Assembly (NCBI GenBank): GCA_002269645.1
Contig: NIVC01000199.1
Location: 434,001 to 498,000, forward strand
Direction: 5' to 3'
Source: Macrostomum lignano
Lineage: Eukaryota
DNA length: 64,000 bases
Part shown: positions 12,101 to 25,400 of the stretch, one piece after another
Layout: each line of letters begins with the position of its first letter
Position numbering within the stretch: the first letter of the stretch is position 1
The notes under the pieces: generated by a model
Database searches by the model: none
The model's input: the letters and a program-made list of their open reading frames with translations, nothing else
What the model was told of the DNA's origin: nothing
Program-made: the position numbers and the translations under genes

Positions 12101-13812
12101 TATCCTATCTATGCATTTACTGCTTTATTATATTATAAGACATGGAAACTAGAATATGGATTAGATTGGATTATATCCAAGATCTATCAGATTAGCAATT
12201 AACTGATTATAACAAATGAGCAATAATCATAGGCATCAGAATAGGGGGGGGGGGCATGACTTGACCTTCCACTTTTAAAGGTAGGAGGGGGCATCAATGT
12301 TTGTTACCTGCCCCCTACTTTATAAAAAGTTCCTATGCTTATACATAAAAGCTCTGTATATTTTTCCTACTTCCAATCGCAAATACTTGTCTTTGAACCC
12401 ACAATTTTATATTGGCAACAAAGATGGCTAAAACTAGTAGAATTCCAAGACTCCTAGCAAACTTAGACATTGAGATATACTTGGAAAAGCTTGAACAATA
12501 TTTTATCTGTAAGGAAGTCTACGTTGAGACAAAAGTTACCACATTAGTGACTACTATTAGAAAGGATGCTTACAAGGTTATTTAGAATCTTTGCCTATTA
12601 GAAAGTGATTTTTAAGTCATATTCAGATTAAGCTACTATTCTAAAGGCATATTATTCTCCTAAATCATCAATGCTATCTGCTAGAAAATTAGTGCTCTGC
12701 TATAAAGAGGGTCCATATACTGTAGCCATAAGCAAAACTATGGCTTATTCCAATTCTTCATATTCCATAGCCATATAGGGACTTTAATATTACTATATTC
12801 CCATAGTTCCCATAGCCAAGCCATAGTTTTACCAAAAAGTCTAGAAAACAAAATGTTTTGAAACGCTCAATTGACTTTGTGAGATTTTATTTCATCTTTT
12901 TACAAAGCAACAATATTTAATTACTACTGAAAGTAATAATGCTGAACCTTTTTTATATTAATAAAAATTAGAGTTTGCTAGTGTTTTATTGTACTTTATT
13001 AGTTATATTCTATAAGTTTCTAAGTTGATAATATAGTTTACTAAAGTATCTTTGTTTTACTCTACCTGTTTCTAGTATTTTTTTTCATTTTTTTATTAAT
13101 AACCACAACTATAGGAATCTACAGAATGTAATAGCAACTACCATATTTCTGTAATCATAGCCATAAGAGCAGCTAGCTACTGTGGCATAGACATATCCGT
13201 AGCTGCCATAGCTATGGCTACAGTGGAACACTATTTAGAATCTAATTTTAAAAGCATATGCAAAAGCCTAGCAAGAGTCTTGCTAACTTTATTGCTAGCC
13301 TAAAAGCTGCCTTGGAGCATTATAAATTTGAAGCTACTCTGGACATATCAAATGGATCCCAATGGATAAAAGACTATGCAACTAGTTTGTCTTTGGTCTT
13401 CATAGAAATATGTACCATACAAAGCTAATAGCTGATAGAGATTGAGTAACCTAACTTCAAGACACTTATTACTAAAGTTAATATATTAGAAACAACAAAA
13501 AATTGACACTGGAGATAATATACTAATCTAAAGCTATTGCTTATTTGTGATTCTACATGTAGCCTACTGTGTTCAAAGAGGTCAATAAACATATCTACTA
13601 TTAATCATCTAGAGCTTAAGCTGATGCTATTTAGATAGCTACTGACATAAAAAAATATATTTTTTGCATACCAATATATTTAATATAACTCAGCAATAGT
13701 CAAAAGTTCCACCCCATTAAGTAAGATAATTTTTTTACTTATTGCAAGTGACGCAACTTACGGCATGAACAAATCTTATTGCCACTTGGGGGTGGCTTGG
13801 GTTTGCTTAATG

Positions 13813-14120
13813 GTCTAGGAGGACAATGCGCCACCACACCAAGCCAATGCTATTAGTCAATTGAGAGAACAGCTACAGCTGCACACTCTGCGCTAACCTT
13901 CCCAGTCCCCAGATATGAATCCCATTGAGCATGTCTAGAACTTCCTAAAATGTAGCATTTGAAGAAAGAATCCACTATAGAATGTTGCGAAGCTGCGTCA
14001 TGCCATTGAAAATGCTTGGCAGCAGATTCTCCAGGACTTTCTGCACTGCCTCATCCTGGGGATGCCATGCAGAATTGTGCACTTCTGTGAGCAAGGGGAT
14101 CCCATATGCATTATTAAGAA
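13813..14120 (+). pseudogene. Tc1-family (DD34E) transposase C-terminal remnant with 5 in-frame stops
   Basis: Hand translation: *EDNAPPHQAN...LR*PSQSPDMNPIEHV*NFLK...LRHAIENAWQQI...MPCR. There are 34 residues between the D of DNAPPH and the E of NPIE. Confidence 0.85.
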
Positions 14121-15249
14121 TGCAATTCTAATTGAATATTGCATTAAAGATTTTATGATTTTATGCAACTGACATTTATTACAAGTATTGATATAGTCAA
14201 CTTTTCCTTCCTTGCTATGGCTTAGTTGCGTAACTTGAGGGTTGAATTGTGAGTGAGAATTTGTTGCAATATATGAGAAAATTTTCATTTCACTTGGTGG
14301 GTAGAACTTTTGACTGTTGCTAAGTATGGATAGTTATTGGTTCTCATTGTCTAGAAAATTAGATAGACTCATTGTATTTATATATTTATATATAAGTACA
14401 ATGTTACAATATTTTTTATAAATAAATAATATATTTATATATAAGTACAATGTTACAATATTTTTTATAAATAAATAATATATTTATATAAATATATACA
14501 TGCCCAACACCTATCTAACCTGTCCAAACTAGATGGGTAAAATGGGTGATGGCCAAGGTAAGTTACAAAATTGAAAATGCAAAAAACAAAAAAATTGGAA
14601 GAAAGAAAAGAAAGGAAAAGAAAAGGAAAAGAAAAAAAAGAGAAAAAAGAAAAAGGCAAGAAAAAATATATAAAAAGTCAAAATTAAGTCAAAATTTGAG
14701 GAACTAAGTTGCAATCATGAGTGAACTAAGTTGCAAATCTAGACAAAACTAAATCACATTGGATGGGATTCTATTACTTTTGGTTTTACTTTTATATATA
14801 TAATGCATTGCTTATATTTGGGACTAAGGCATATGGGCTATAGACAAACTATTCTCATAATATTTTTGGCAATTATTATTTGTCCAGTGATTGGACAAAT
14901 AGCCTTTTTGCTATTTGTCCCATTAAATTACTAACACAAGTATCTATTTGTTTCGTGATAAAGATTCTAGATTTTTAAGAACTTTTCACTGATTAATATT
15001 TGCTGCATACTAATTAAAGCAAAGCAGTGTATTCAATTTGGCATAATTTGATGTAAGATACACACTAGTATAACAACATAATAATTTAGATATGAGTAAA
15101 AATTCTTTGAAGGATAGGAATATTCACCCTTGTAGTTTCTTTAAAATAGATATTATATCATTATCAATTAACTAGACAAATAACCACATCACTATTTTTT
15201 GGTCACTGGAAAAATAATAATTACCAATATTTTTTATGATAAGGCACGC

Positions 15250-15932
15250 TTCATGGCTTGGGTGCAAACAAAGGCTGCGCTACCAGCAGTGTCAGGGGGG
15301 CTGGCGTCAGCCAACAGACAGTCGACGTAACGCCGAGTTCATGCTTGACCTCGCCGGTAGGGTGCCTGCAGCGTGAGCAGCAGCACCTTTTGCACTGACT
15401 GTAGGCAGTACAACTTGGCGTGAATGAGATGGCCTGCGAGCTGGAGTTGCCAATGGCGCAGTAGATCACTTGGACGTGGCAGGCCAGCGCAGCAATAGGC
15501 CCCTAGAGTGCCGATGTTGAATTGAAGGCGGCACTTAGCAGGCCAGCGTGCGCCACATTGACTTGTTCAAGTGAGTCTATCAGCGTCCAGGTCTTGGCAT
15601 TGTACAGCAGGATGGTCTTGATTACCACCTGGAACAGTGCCGCCCTCTGGCCTTGGACTGTAGGACTACCCTCACAGAACAAAAGGCAGCCCAGGCAAGC
15701 CCGCGGCAGTGTCGCAGGTCCTCGCGAGTGTCTAGAACCAAACTGCCAAGGTAGACAAACTGCTGACATTGTGGGAGTTTGGTTGCCTGCCTATTAGCGC
15801 CTTGGCAGAATAGGCTAGGCCTATTGCAGCCTTGATGTTGTCTGGCACGCAGAGCACAATGGTCTTCTGCGTGTTGACTACCAGGCCGACACTCGCCGCA
15901 ACAGCAACCAGCCTGGCTTTAAGGTTTATCAA
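15250..15932 (-). pseudogene. Degenerate non-LTR retrotransposon (LINE, RTE-like) reverse transcriptase 3' fragment
   Basis: Frameshifted pieces AASVGLVVNTQKT (RT GLxINxxKT motif) and FQVVIKTILLYNAKTWTL..SLE (post-RT motif common in RTE-type LINEs). Confidence 0.65.
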
Positions 15933-17099
15933 GGCTAAGGTTTAAAGCTACAAATAGGCCCCTAGTTTATTTTTAAAAATTGAATTCTATTATTTGATAG
16001 CTTCCTAACAAAGATGTGCTGATTGCTAAGTCTAGGCCCTAGTCTAATAAGGCCCATCTATAAATTGAATATGTCTAGTGTAAGCCTAGGCCTAATGCAA
16101 AAAAGTTAAATTATTGCATAGGCCTATCAATATCAAACAAAATTGTTTAATATATAGGTCTATTCTATTTATAAGCATAAGCCAAGATACTAGCCTCTAG
16201 CCAAACTAAGCTACTACTAGGCATAGGCCTAACTAAACACAATTATAAAGGTAAAATGTTTGATTGGTAGGGCAATGGCTAGGCCTACTTATACTATAGA
16301 ATGAGAACTTCAAAATGAAAACAAATATTTTTCTATTATAAAATTTCTGATTTTGAAGGGGAGTTGCAGCAGCGCGGCAGTAGCACACTGTTATAATAAT
16401 TATAACATAGGTCAGTACCTCTTAAGTCTTGGTCTTAATTAGGGGGCCTATGCTAGACGCTAAGCTAAGGCACGCCCCTAGTTTAACTCCAATTAATGGG
16501 AACGGGATCATACCGAACTGTAGGGGCCTACGCAGAGCACGCGCTCCTGAACGTGTGCCCCAATGCAAGTGAAGTGAGGACGCGGGGTGGAAAACAGAAC
16601 TTTTTTGGTGTGGTGACCTAGATAATATTAGATCAATTCGCTCGAGCTTGGGCTGTTCAAATCGGTGCTGGTCTTTTCGATTTAAACAAAACTCGATCGA
16701 GACGCGGGGTTGCAAAATAAATGGGAGCTGCGGCTGCTGAGTTCCTCAGGCTTAGGGGAAGGTATCTGTGGTCGTGGGTAAGCGGTCTAGTAATTGCCAC
16801 CTTTCAGAATGCCGAATGCAAATGTCAGCCTCTTAAACAAACTAAAATTTGCTGAGCGTTGTAGCTAAGAGTAGTATTTCGCTACCACCACCGCGGTAGT
16901 TCGCGGAGAGAAGCTCAATTGATTCGAATTAGACCTAGAACTTCTCTTGAGTAAGACCATCGAGGGTCAAATGAATGCTTCCGAGGTCACGAAGGCTGAA
17001 GACCGATAACACATTGCTCACGTCGCATGTACAGCTTTTGAAAAAGTCGAAAGTCGACATTTTTTGTTTTAAAGTCCTCTGCTAACCGAACCATTGAAC

Positions 17100-18160
17100 T
17101 TCCAGATGTGAGAATTTGTCCTTTGGTTACAGGACTCGGGGTGCGAATATTGTGCCCAACAAGCCGTAAACAGCAAAGATGGGCAGCGCTATACATGTAG
17201 TTCTCTGAGAAATCTGCAAGAGGCTACCGCTTCCTCCAAGAGTTCATGAAGAACTTAAGCGAGAAAGCAGGCCTCATCAAGAATCGGGTAGGTTAAATTG
17301 TTTTGTCCTATAGAAATTGATATCCTGGCCGCTCTCCGGGTAATAATTGGCAGAAAGCTAAATTTAATGACTATACATGTATATATATATATATATATAT
17401 ATTTAAAAATTCCAGAGTTACCAGGGTATGCGACTTGCACGCATGTGGCCATTCTGTCCAGGATATCATGCTTATCACAGGGCAAAAGTGTGAGCGAACC
17501 GGCCGTCAGGCGCTATCTGTCGAGGCGTCGTGACAGGACTTTGTACAAGTGTTGTTGGCCGTGGAAGAGGGGTCCATGAGAATTGCCCGCAGACGAATTG
17601 CCCGCCGAGCTTTTCCCGCGGAGATTTGCCCGCAGTGCATTTTGCCCGTGAGCGAATTGCCCGTGGAGATTTGCCCGCCGAGAATTGCCCGCCGAGATTT
17701 GCCCGCAATGCAATTTTCCCGCGAGCGAATTGCCCGCCGAGTTTTTTCTCGCCGAGGTTTGCCCGCAATGCTTTTTTCCTGCAGCGCATTTAGCGACGCG
17801 GCAGATTTTGTCTGCATTGCCTTCCCATGCTTAGTACGTGTTAATCTCAATAGAGATTTACACGATCAAAACGTTCCAAATGCGCTGCAAAAAAGGATCG
17901 CGGGCAAACCTCGGCGGGAAAAAACTCGGCGGGCAATTCGCTTGCGGGCAAAATGCACTGCGGGCAAATCTCCGCGGGAAAAGCTCGGCGGGCAAATCTC
18001 CACGGGCAAATCTCCTGCGGGCAAATCTCGGCGGGCAATTCGTCTGCGGGCATTTCTCGTGCTCCCGTGGAAGAGGCACTGAATCGTGATCGAAGGTCTC
18101 TGGATCTGATGGGACTTGTTTTCACATGGAAATTCACTTGTAACTTGTCACTAATCCCAC
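17100..18160 (+). pseudogene. Possible degenerate tyrosine-recombinase (Crypton/DUF3504-like) remnant, interrupted by a MITE
   Basis: Fragments RICPLV, GYRFLQEFMKNLSEKAGL, a GT-AG intron (~17288-17417), then LHACGHSVQDIMLITGQK. These resemble the MKxxSxxAGL and LxxAGxxxQxIMxxTGHKS motifs. Stops and frameshifts are present. Confidence 0.35.
17570..18066. mobile_element. 497-bp foldback MITE with 9-bp TSD (GTGGAAGAG), Mutator-like
   Basis: TSD at 17561-17569 and 18067-18075. Termini GGGTCCATGAGAATTGCCCGC / GCGGGCATTTCTCGTGCTCCC. The arms are arrays of (GA)ATTGCCCGC subrepeats in inverted orientation. Confidence 0.85.
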
Positions 18161-19053
18161 TTGTAGCTACTACAAGTCATTTATGAAACACCCCCTGGTC
18201 CGTAAGATAAAAACGTAAAGCTAAAGCGTTATCAGGAAGGCAGACATATTTTTAATACAAAATAACAAATAATCACGACAGTAACAAAAACAGTGATCAA
18301 TAAATAATTAGCTTCAACCAAAGTTCATCGAATTTTTTACTACAATAACTTAAAAAACAGCACAACCCTCTCACCGTCAATCTCCACCTTGTCGACAGAA
18401 CGTTTGTTTTTTCTCAGCAGGTGGTACAGCAGTATCCTGACCTGCTGTACCACCAAGCTATCCAAGAGGTTCGTCAATCTGTTGAGAGCTGGAGACAACC
18501 AGAGACGAAGAAGTTTTATGGATAGTACCCATCACTGGAGTCTCAGCCATAAGTCGAGCCTGCCTTCCAGATGTCGACGAGATGTCGTTTGTAAAATTTA
18601 GATATTCGGCCATCAGTATTATTATCAATTGCGGTCTCGTAGGTGTGTCATCCCTATTGACTCTTGTCGCATTTTGAGCTGGTTCCATATCCATAAATAA
18701 TTTGGTCAAACGACAAAAATCAATTTCGTCAAGATCGACGACGTATAGCACGAGTTGAAAAGTGGTTAAAGCCTGCTCCATCTAGCTAGCTTGTGTGTGC
18801 CTTAAGTAATTTTCCAATACTGTACATTTGTCTATGGCATTTGAACTTTTGCTAATCGTCCTGCTTAGTGAAATCCATGCAGTGTTTGACGTAAGTGAAG
18901 TTTTCATACTATAATAGCATTTTCTTATACATAAAAAAGTCAGTCTGATGACTGAGAGAGGACATGCAGTTACTACGTACCGTGACTGGTGGTTTGGAGT
19001 TTGACTCAGCTGGGCTCTTTTCAACCAAGGAGTTCTATAATTAAAATCTGGAT

Positions 19054-19228
19054 TGGAAACGCGTTTTTAACTTTTACCTCATGAGGCCAGAAGAGCATAC
19101 ATGTAGATAGAGTCAGACAGAGGTATAGACATTAAATTCAGTGCTGGCTCCATGCGGTGAAAGTTATCTTAACTATTTGCCTGGCCTCCCTCATGAGGTA
19201 CCATTTAAAAGTGAAAAACTCGTTTCCA
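19054..19228. mobile_element. Short inverted-repeat element (MITE-like)
   Basis: TGGAAACGCGTTTTTAACTTTTACCTCATGAGG at left pairs with CCTCATGAGGTACCATTTAAAAGTGAAAAACTCGTTTCCA at right; no clear TSD. Confidence 0.5.
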
Positions 19229-19497
19229 CTCCTCTTTGGCTAGATAGAACTATATTATCGAACTCTTTGGCTAAACTCTAACTAAAAGCGAAAATCAACT
19301 CACTCTGAAGAATCAAAGCGCATCGTCTATGGTAAATATCGAGCTTAAGGTCGAGCTTAATCGACCTTCATCCATGGGAAACTGTTGTACATTAAATAGT
19401 ACGCTTTTTAAAGAAGCATTGTAACTATAGAGTATAGTCAGCATCGACCTCACTCACTATATTTCTCCTCAAACTATAAGCTTTAACCTGCTAAGCT

Positions 19498-22400
19498 ATG
19501 ACTTGCAATTTGTTGGAGATCAAGTACCTGCTACTGTTAGCAATTATATCCAGTCTAGTTTTCACCTGGCAATTTCGTTTGTTTCTTCCATCAAGAAAGT
19601 TAAAAATGGAATCAACTAAAACTATTTGTGAGAACTGTAGCAACGACACCTCTTCACACCCGAAGATGATAAGCAAGCTGGATGTACAGCTGCCCGCAGT
19701 GTGCCAGGATCTCGACTGCAAGGCTGCCTACCTCAAGCACCTGCCGCTGGCCAGCAGTTCGCATCGGGTAGATGGCCATCCCATTCCTCCTATTCGACAC
19801 CTGCTATGGATAAATGAATCCGTGTCCGCCTATTTCGCTGAGCAACTGAAAACCTGGCGTCGGGTGCACCCAGACTGGACTGTAGTGCTTTGGCGTGACC
19901 AAGACCTGGAGCCTTTTGTGAAGAAGAATTTTCCCGAAGCTCTGCCGCGTTTCATGGAACTGGCGCCGCATACTATCATGCAGGTGGACATGATCAGGTA
20001 CATGCTGCTGTTCAAGGTATGGATAAACTCTTGACTAAAATTAGACATTATATGAGCATTGCTACTTTTCTCAAGGTTAATACGATAGTTAGGTATAGTA
20101 GAAAATGAAAGTTTTAAGAATTTTTCAAGATGTAGTACTGCATAGTGAGATCCAAAAGCCACATGTAAAATTAGACCCTTTTCGGTTGGCGCTAAAGCAA
20201 TTACGCAATAATTCATTAACACGCATTGTGATAACAAAATGCCGAACAGTTTAACAAATAACTTTAATATTTTAGCAATACTAATCCTGGATAGTAGAGG
20301 TCGATAGTGGAATCTCGCGATTGATATTCGAGATTTTGACTTTTTTCTTGATCGAATCTCAATTTAATAAAGTGCCGAGATTCCGAGAATCCGAGATGTA
20401 AAATAAAGTAAAGTAAAGAGCCTTAACTTGAAATACCAATCTTCTGAATATACGAGCAATAGCATAGGATCACCTAGGCCTCAATATAAACACATTGAAT
20501 TCAACATGAATCGAATCAGTGCCAAAAAATCAACTCACTATAGTGTCACCCGTATTAAAAGGGATTTAGCCGCGTTTCGATCTATCCGTGTTTATAAAAA
20601 TGATGCACCCGAAAATTTCCGTTCTGTTACGAATTAAAAGTTGGAATTATTAACAAAACTTTGTTCAAAATTCAAATATTTAAAAAAGTTGTACAAAAAG
20701 AACTACTATTTTTAGTTTTTAACTAGCAATCTAGTGCGGCCCCCCTTCGGGGCGCCCAATAAGAACGAAGCAAAAATAGTTTATGGAAATCAATGAAAAA
20801 GCGCATTTTCTTAAAAACTAAGTCCTTCATCACTTTTAAAAATCACCTTATTCATTTAAAATTGTCATGGACAATAATATTTGCTATGAATCTCTTTTTT
20901 TCTAAAATTAACAAACAGACAAGAAAATATAGCTTTCACAAAGATCACAGTCATTACCCCTAAATAGAAAGTAGAAAATAGAAAATAGAAAATAGCATCC
21001 CCCCAGTAGCAAGCACCCTCCTCCAAAAGTAAACAACCGCAGATAGCAAGCATCCCCTAATACTCCTAGCAAGCATCCACCCAGATAACAAGCATCTGCA
21101 GATAGCAAGCATCCCCCAAATAAAAGCATCCCCCAAATAAAAGCATCCCCCGGATAAAAGCATCCACCCAGATAGCAAGCATCCCCCAAATAATGTAGAA
21201 GCATCCTTCCAGATAGCAAGCATCCTGCACATAGAAAGAATTCCTAAATAGCAAGCATCCCTGGATAGAAATAATCCTATACATGTAGCCAAGCTTATCA
21301 AGCGCAGTAATCCTTGGCTATCGAGTGAAGTAATCCTTGGTTTATTAAGACCAATAATCTTTGGCTTATCGAGTGCAGTAATCCTTGGTTTATTAATAGC
21401 AATAATCCTTGGCTTCTCGAGTGCAGTAATCCTTGGTTTAATAATAGCAATAATCCTTGGCTTCTTGAGTGCAGTAATCCTTGGTTTGCCAAGAGCAATT
21501 GTCCTTGGTTTATCGAGTGCAGTAATCCTTGGTTTAATAATAGCAATAATCCTTGGCTTCTCGAGTGCAGTAATCCTTGGTTTAATAATAGCAATAATCC
21601 TTGGCTTCTTGAGTGCAGTAATCCTTGGTTTGCCAAGAGCAATTGTCCTTGGTTTATCGAGTGCATTAATCCTTGGTTTATTAATAGCAATAATCCTTGG
21701 CTTCTTGAGTGCATTAATCCTTGGTTTGCCAAGAGCAATTGACCTTGGTTTATCGAGTGAATTAATCCTTGGTTTATTAATAGCAATAATCCTTGGCTTA
21801 TCGAGTGCAGTAATCCTTGGTTTATTAATAGCAATAATCCTTGGCTTCTCGAGTGCAGTAATCCTTTGTTTTCCAATTGCAGTAATCCTTGGTTTATAAA
21901 GAGCAATAATCCTTGGCTTATCGAGTGAAGTAATCCTTGGTTTATTAATAGCAATAATCCTTGGCTTATCGAGTGCAGTAATCCTTTGTTTTCCAATTGC
22001 AGTAATCCTTGGTTTATAAAGAGCAATAATCCTTGGCTTATCGAGTGAAGTAATCCTTGGTTTATTAATAGCAATAATCCTTGGCTTATCGAGTGCAGTA
22101 ATCCTTGGTTTATTAATAGCAATAATCCTTGGCTTATCGAGTGCAGTGATCTAAGTGTTTTTATTTAGTCCTTTAATAAAACCTTTTAATAAAAAATTTA
22201 CACTACTACTTTTAAACTACTTAGATTCGAACCTAGGTCGCTGCATTAGCAGTCTGGTCTGTTCAGCTCTAGGCTAGCTCTCATCGAAGTTATCAGTGAT
22301 GTTGTACCACTTATATAATTCAACACTCACACCAAGTCAGGTAGAGTAAAAAGTCACACGAAGCAGTTATGACATAATCAATTTCTTAGGCAAGTCAGTA

Positions 22401-25400
22401 CCAGTGTCTATGAAAGTTAACAATATGGTTACGTAATATAAATTCAGTACTGCGCTATGCTTTCACACTCAAAGCTGTGACGCAATTCAATTGAGTGTCA
22501 AATTCAGCCAGTACACAGACGATAAATAAAGAGTATTGTGATGCAATCCATTTTAGAATTTAGAATTCAACCAGTCAGTTTTTCTGCTAGCATTCTTACA
22601 ATGCATTTCAAGTCGAAAGAGCTGCTTGACCTTTGCAAAAAGCATGTTTTTCGAATATTTAATGCCTTTAGCATTGAGCAATTTCTTAGCCACGATGCAT
22701 GTACAGTCATGGGAAAATTTCTGATCGAACAGTGCAAGTTCGAACAAAATCGGTCCAGCCATTTTTTCTCTAATCGATCACATAGACACAGACAGACCAT
22801 TTTTAGTATATAGGACTAGCAATCTACGCCCCCCGTTGGGGAGCCAAAGAAATGCAATACACGTTTTTTAATAAGCTACATATATCCTTGAAATCTTAAA
22901 AAATCTCCTGTCAAACCTTGTAAGCCTTGACATGTCAATAATTCCCCCCACAAGCTTTAACACATCAACTTCACCCCTTGACATCTCAGCAATGCCCCCA
23001 ATAAGCCTTGGAAATCAAAAATATCTGTCAACCTTCTAACCTTAACCCTAGCCTAACCCTAACCCTAACCCTAACCCTAACCCTAACCTAACTCTAAAGC
23101 ATTGAAATTTCAGTAATTCTCTCTGAGAGTCATTATAGCACTACTACAGCATTATAGCGATTCCCTGCAAGCCTCGACATCGTAGGGATTCCCAAATGAA
23201 TCTCTTAACTTAGGCATGAAGCTTCTTTTATTTTTTACATTACGCTTTTTTTATCAGCGATCCCTCCCCTGAGGAGGCATCAAATAATGCAATAAAAAGT
23301 TTTCAATAAACTACATGTAGACTTTAGCCTTGAAATCTCATTTATACCCCCGTGAGCCTTGACATCTCAGCTATTCCCCCCGTAAGCCTTAACATGTCAG
23401 CGATAGCCCCCATAAACCTTGAAATCTAAAAAATCCCCTGTTATTCTGTTAACCTTGAAACCCGCTAAAATCTAACCCTCAACCCACACCTGACCTAAAC
23501 CTAACTTTAACCCAACCTAAAGCCTTGAAATCTCAGCAATTCTTCTCCCCTAAGCCTTGACATTTTAGTGATTCCTTCTTTAAGAATCACAGCACTATAA
23601 CGATTTCCACCTAGCTTTGACATCGTAGCAATTCCCAAATAAATCTTTTAACTTCGACATGACTTTTCTTTTATGTATACTTAGTGCTACTTTTATTTTT
23701 TACATGACTCTTCTTCTATCAGCGCCCCCCCCCGTGGCGAGCCAACAAAGAATGCAATAAAAAAATTGAGTAAAGTACATGAACTTTGAAGTAGCTTCTG
23801 ACTTTTGCTTCGACATCTCAGAACCCCCCCCGTAATCTCAGTTATTCTCTGAGAGCCTTTACGTCTCAGTTTTTCTCCCCAGCACAGCATTATAGCTGCA
23901 TTTAATTTTTCCATGACACCCTTCATGTCTGACATGACGCTTCTTTTATTGTACCATGATGCTTCTTAATTTTTTAAATAACACTCATTAGTTTTTAAAT
24001 GAGGCTTCTATGATTTTTTCTTGACGCTTCTATGATTTTTAAATGACGCTTCTATGATTTTTTACATGACGCTTCTATGATTTTTATATGACGCTTCTAT
24101 GATTGTTTACATGACGCTTCAATGATTTTTTAAATGACGCTTCTATGATTTTTATATGACGCTTCTACGATTTTTTACATGACGCTTCTATGATTGTTTA
24201 CATGACGCTTCTATGACTTTTTACATGACGCTTCTACGATTTTTTACGTGACGCTTCTATGATTGTTTACATGACGCTTCTATGATTTTTTACATGACGC
24301 TTCTATGATTCATTACATGACGCTTCTATGATTTTTTACATGACGCTTCTATGATTCATTACATGACGCTTCTATGATTTTTTACATGACGCTTCTATGA
24401 TTGTTTACATGACGCTTCTATGATTTTTATATGACGCTTCTACGATTTTTTACATGGTGCTTCTATGATTTTTTACATGACGCTTCTATGATTGTTTACA
24501 TGACGCTTCTATGAATTTTTACATGACGCTTCTACGATTTTTTACATGGCGCTTCTATGATTGTTTACATGACACTTCTATGAATTTTTACATGACGCTT
24601 CTATGATTTTTAAATGAGGCTTCTATGATTGTTTACATGACGCTTCTATGAATTTTTACATGACGCTTCTATGATTTTTAAATGAGGCTTCTATGATTTT
24701 TTACATGACGCTTCTATGATTTTTTAAATGACGCTTCTATGATTTTTATATGACGCTTCTACGATTTTTTACATGGCGCTTCTATGATTGTTTACATGAC
24801 GCTTCTATGATTTTTAAATGAGGCTTGTATTATTTTTTACTTGACGCTTCTATGATTGTTTACATGACGCTTCTATGATTGTTTACATGACGCTTCTTTG
24901 ATTGTTTACATGACGCTTCTATGATTGTTTACATGACGCTTCTATGAATTTTTACATGACGCTTCTATGATTGTTTACATGACGCTTCTATGATTGTTTA
25001 CATAGCGCTTCTATGATTTTTTACATGACGCTTCTATGATTTTTTAAATGACGCTTCTATGATTTTTTCATGACGCTGCTACGATTTTTTACATGACGCT
25101 TCTATGATTGTTTACATCACGCTTTTGTGATTTTTACATGACGCTTCTATGATTTTTAAAATGACGCTTCTATGATTGTTTACATGACGCTTCTATGATT
25201 GTTTACATGACGCTTCTATAATTTTTTTAAATGACGCTTCTATGATTTTTTACATGACACTTCTATGATTGTTTACATGACGCTTCTATGATTTTTTACA
25301 TGACGCTTCTATGATTGTTTACATGACGCTTCTATGAATTTTTACATGACGCTTCTATGATTTTTTAAATGACGCTTCTATGATTGTTTACATGACGCTT

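Noticed and set aside
18458-18781. 107-aa minus-strand ORF
   Set aside because: No recognisable motif, no ATG start and no clear splice context.
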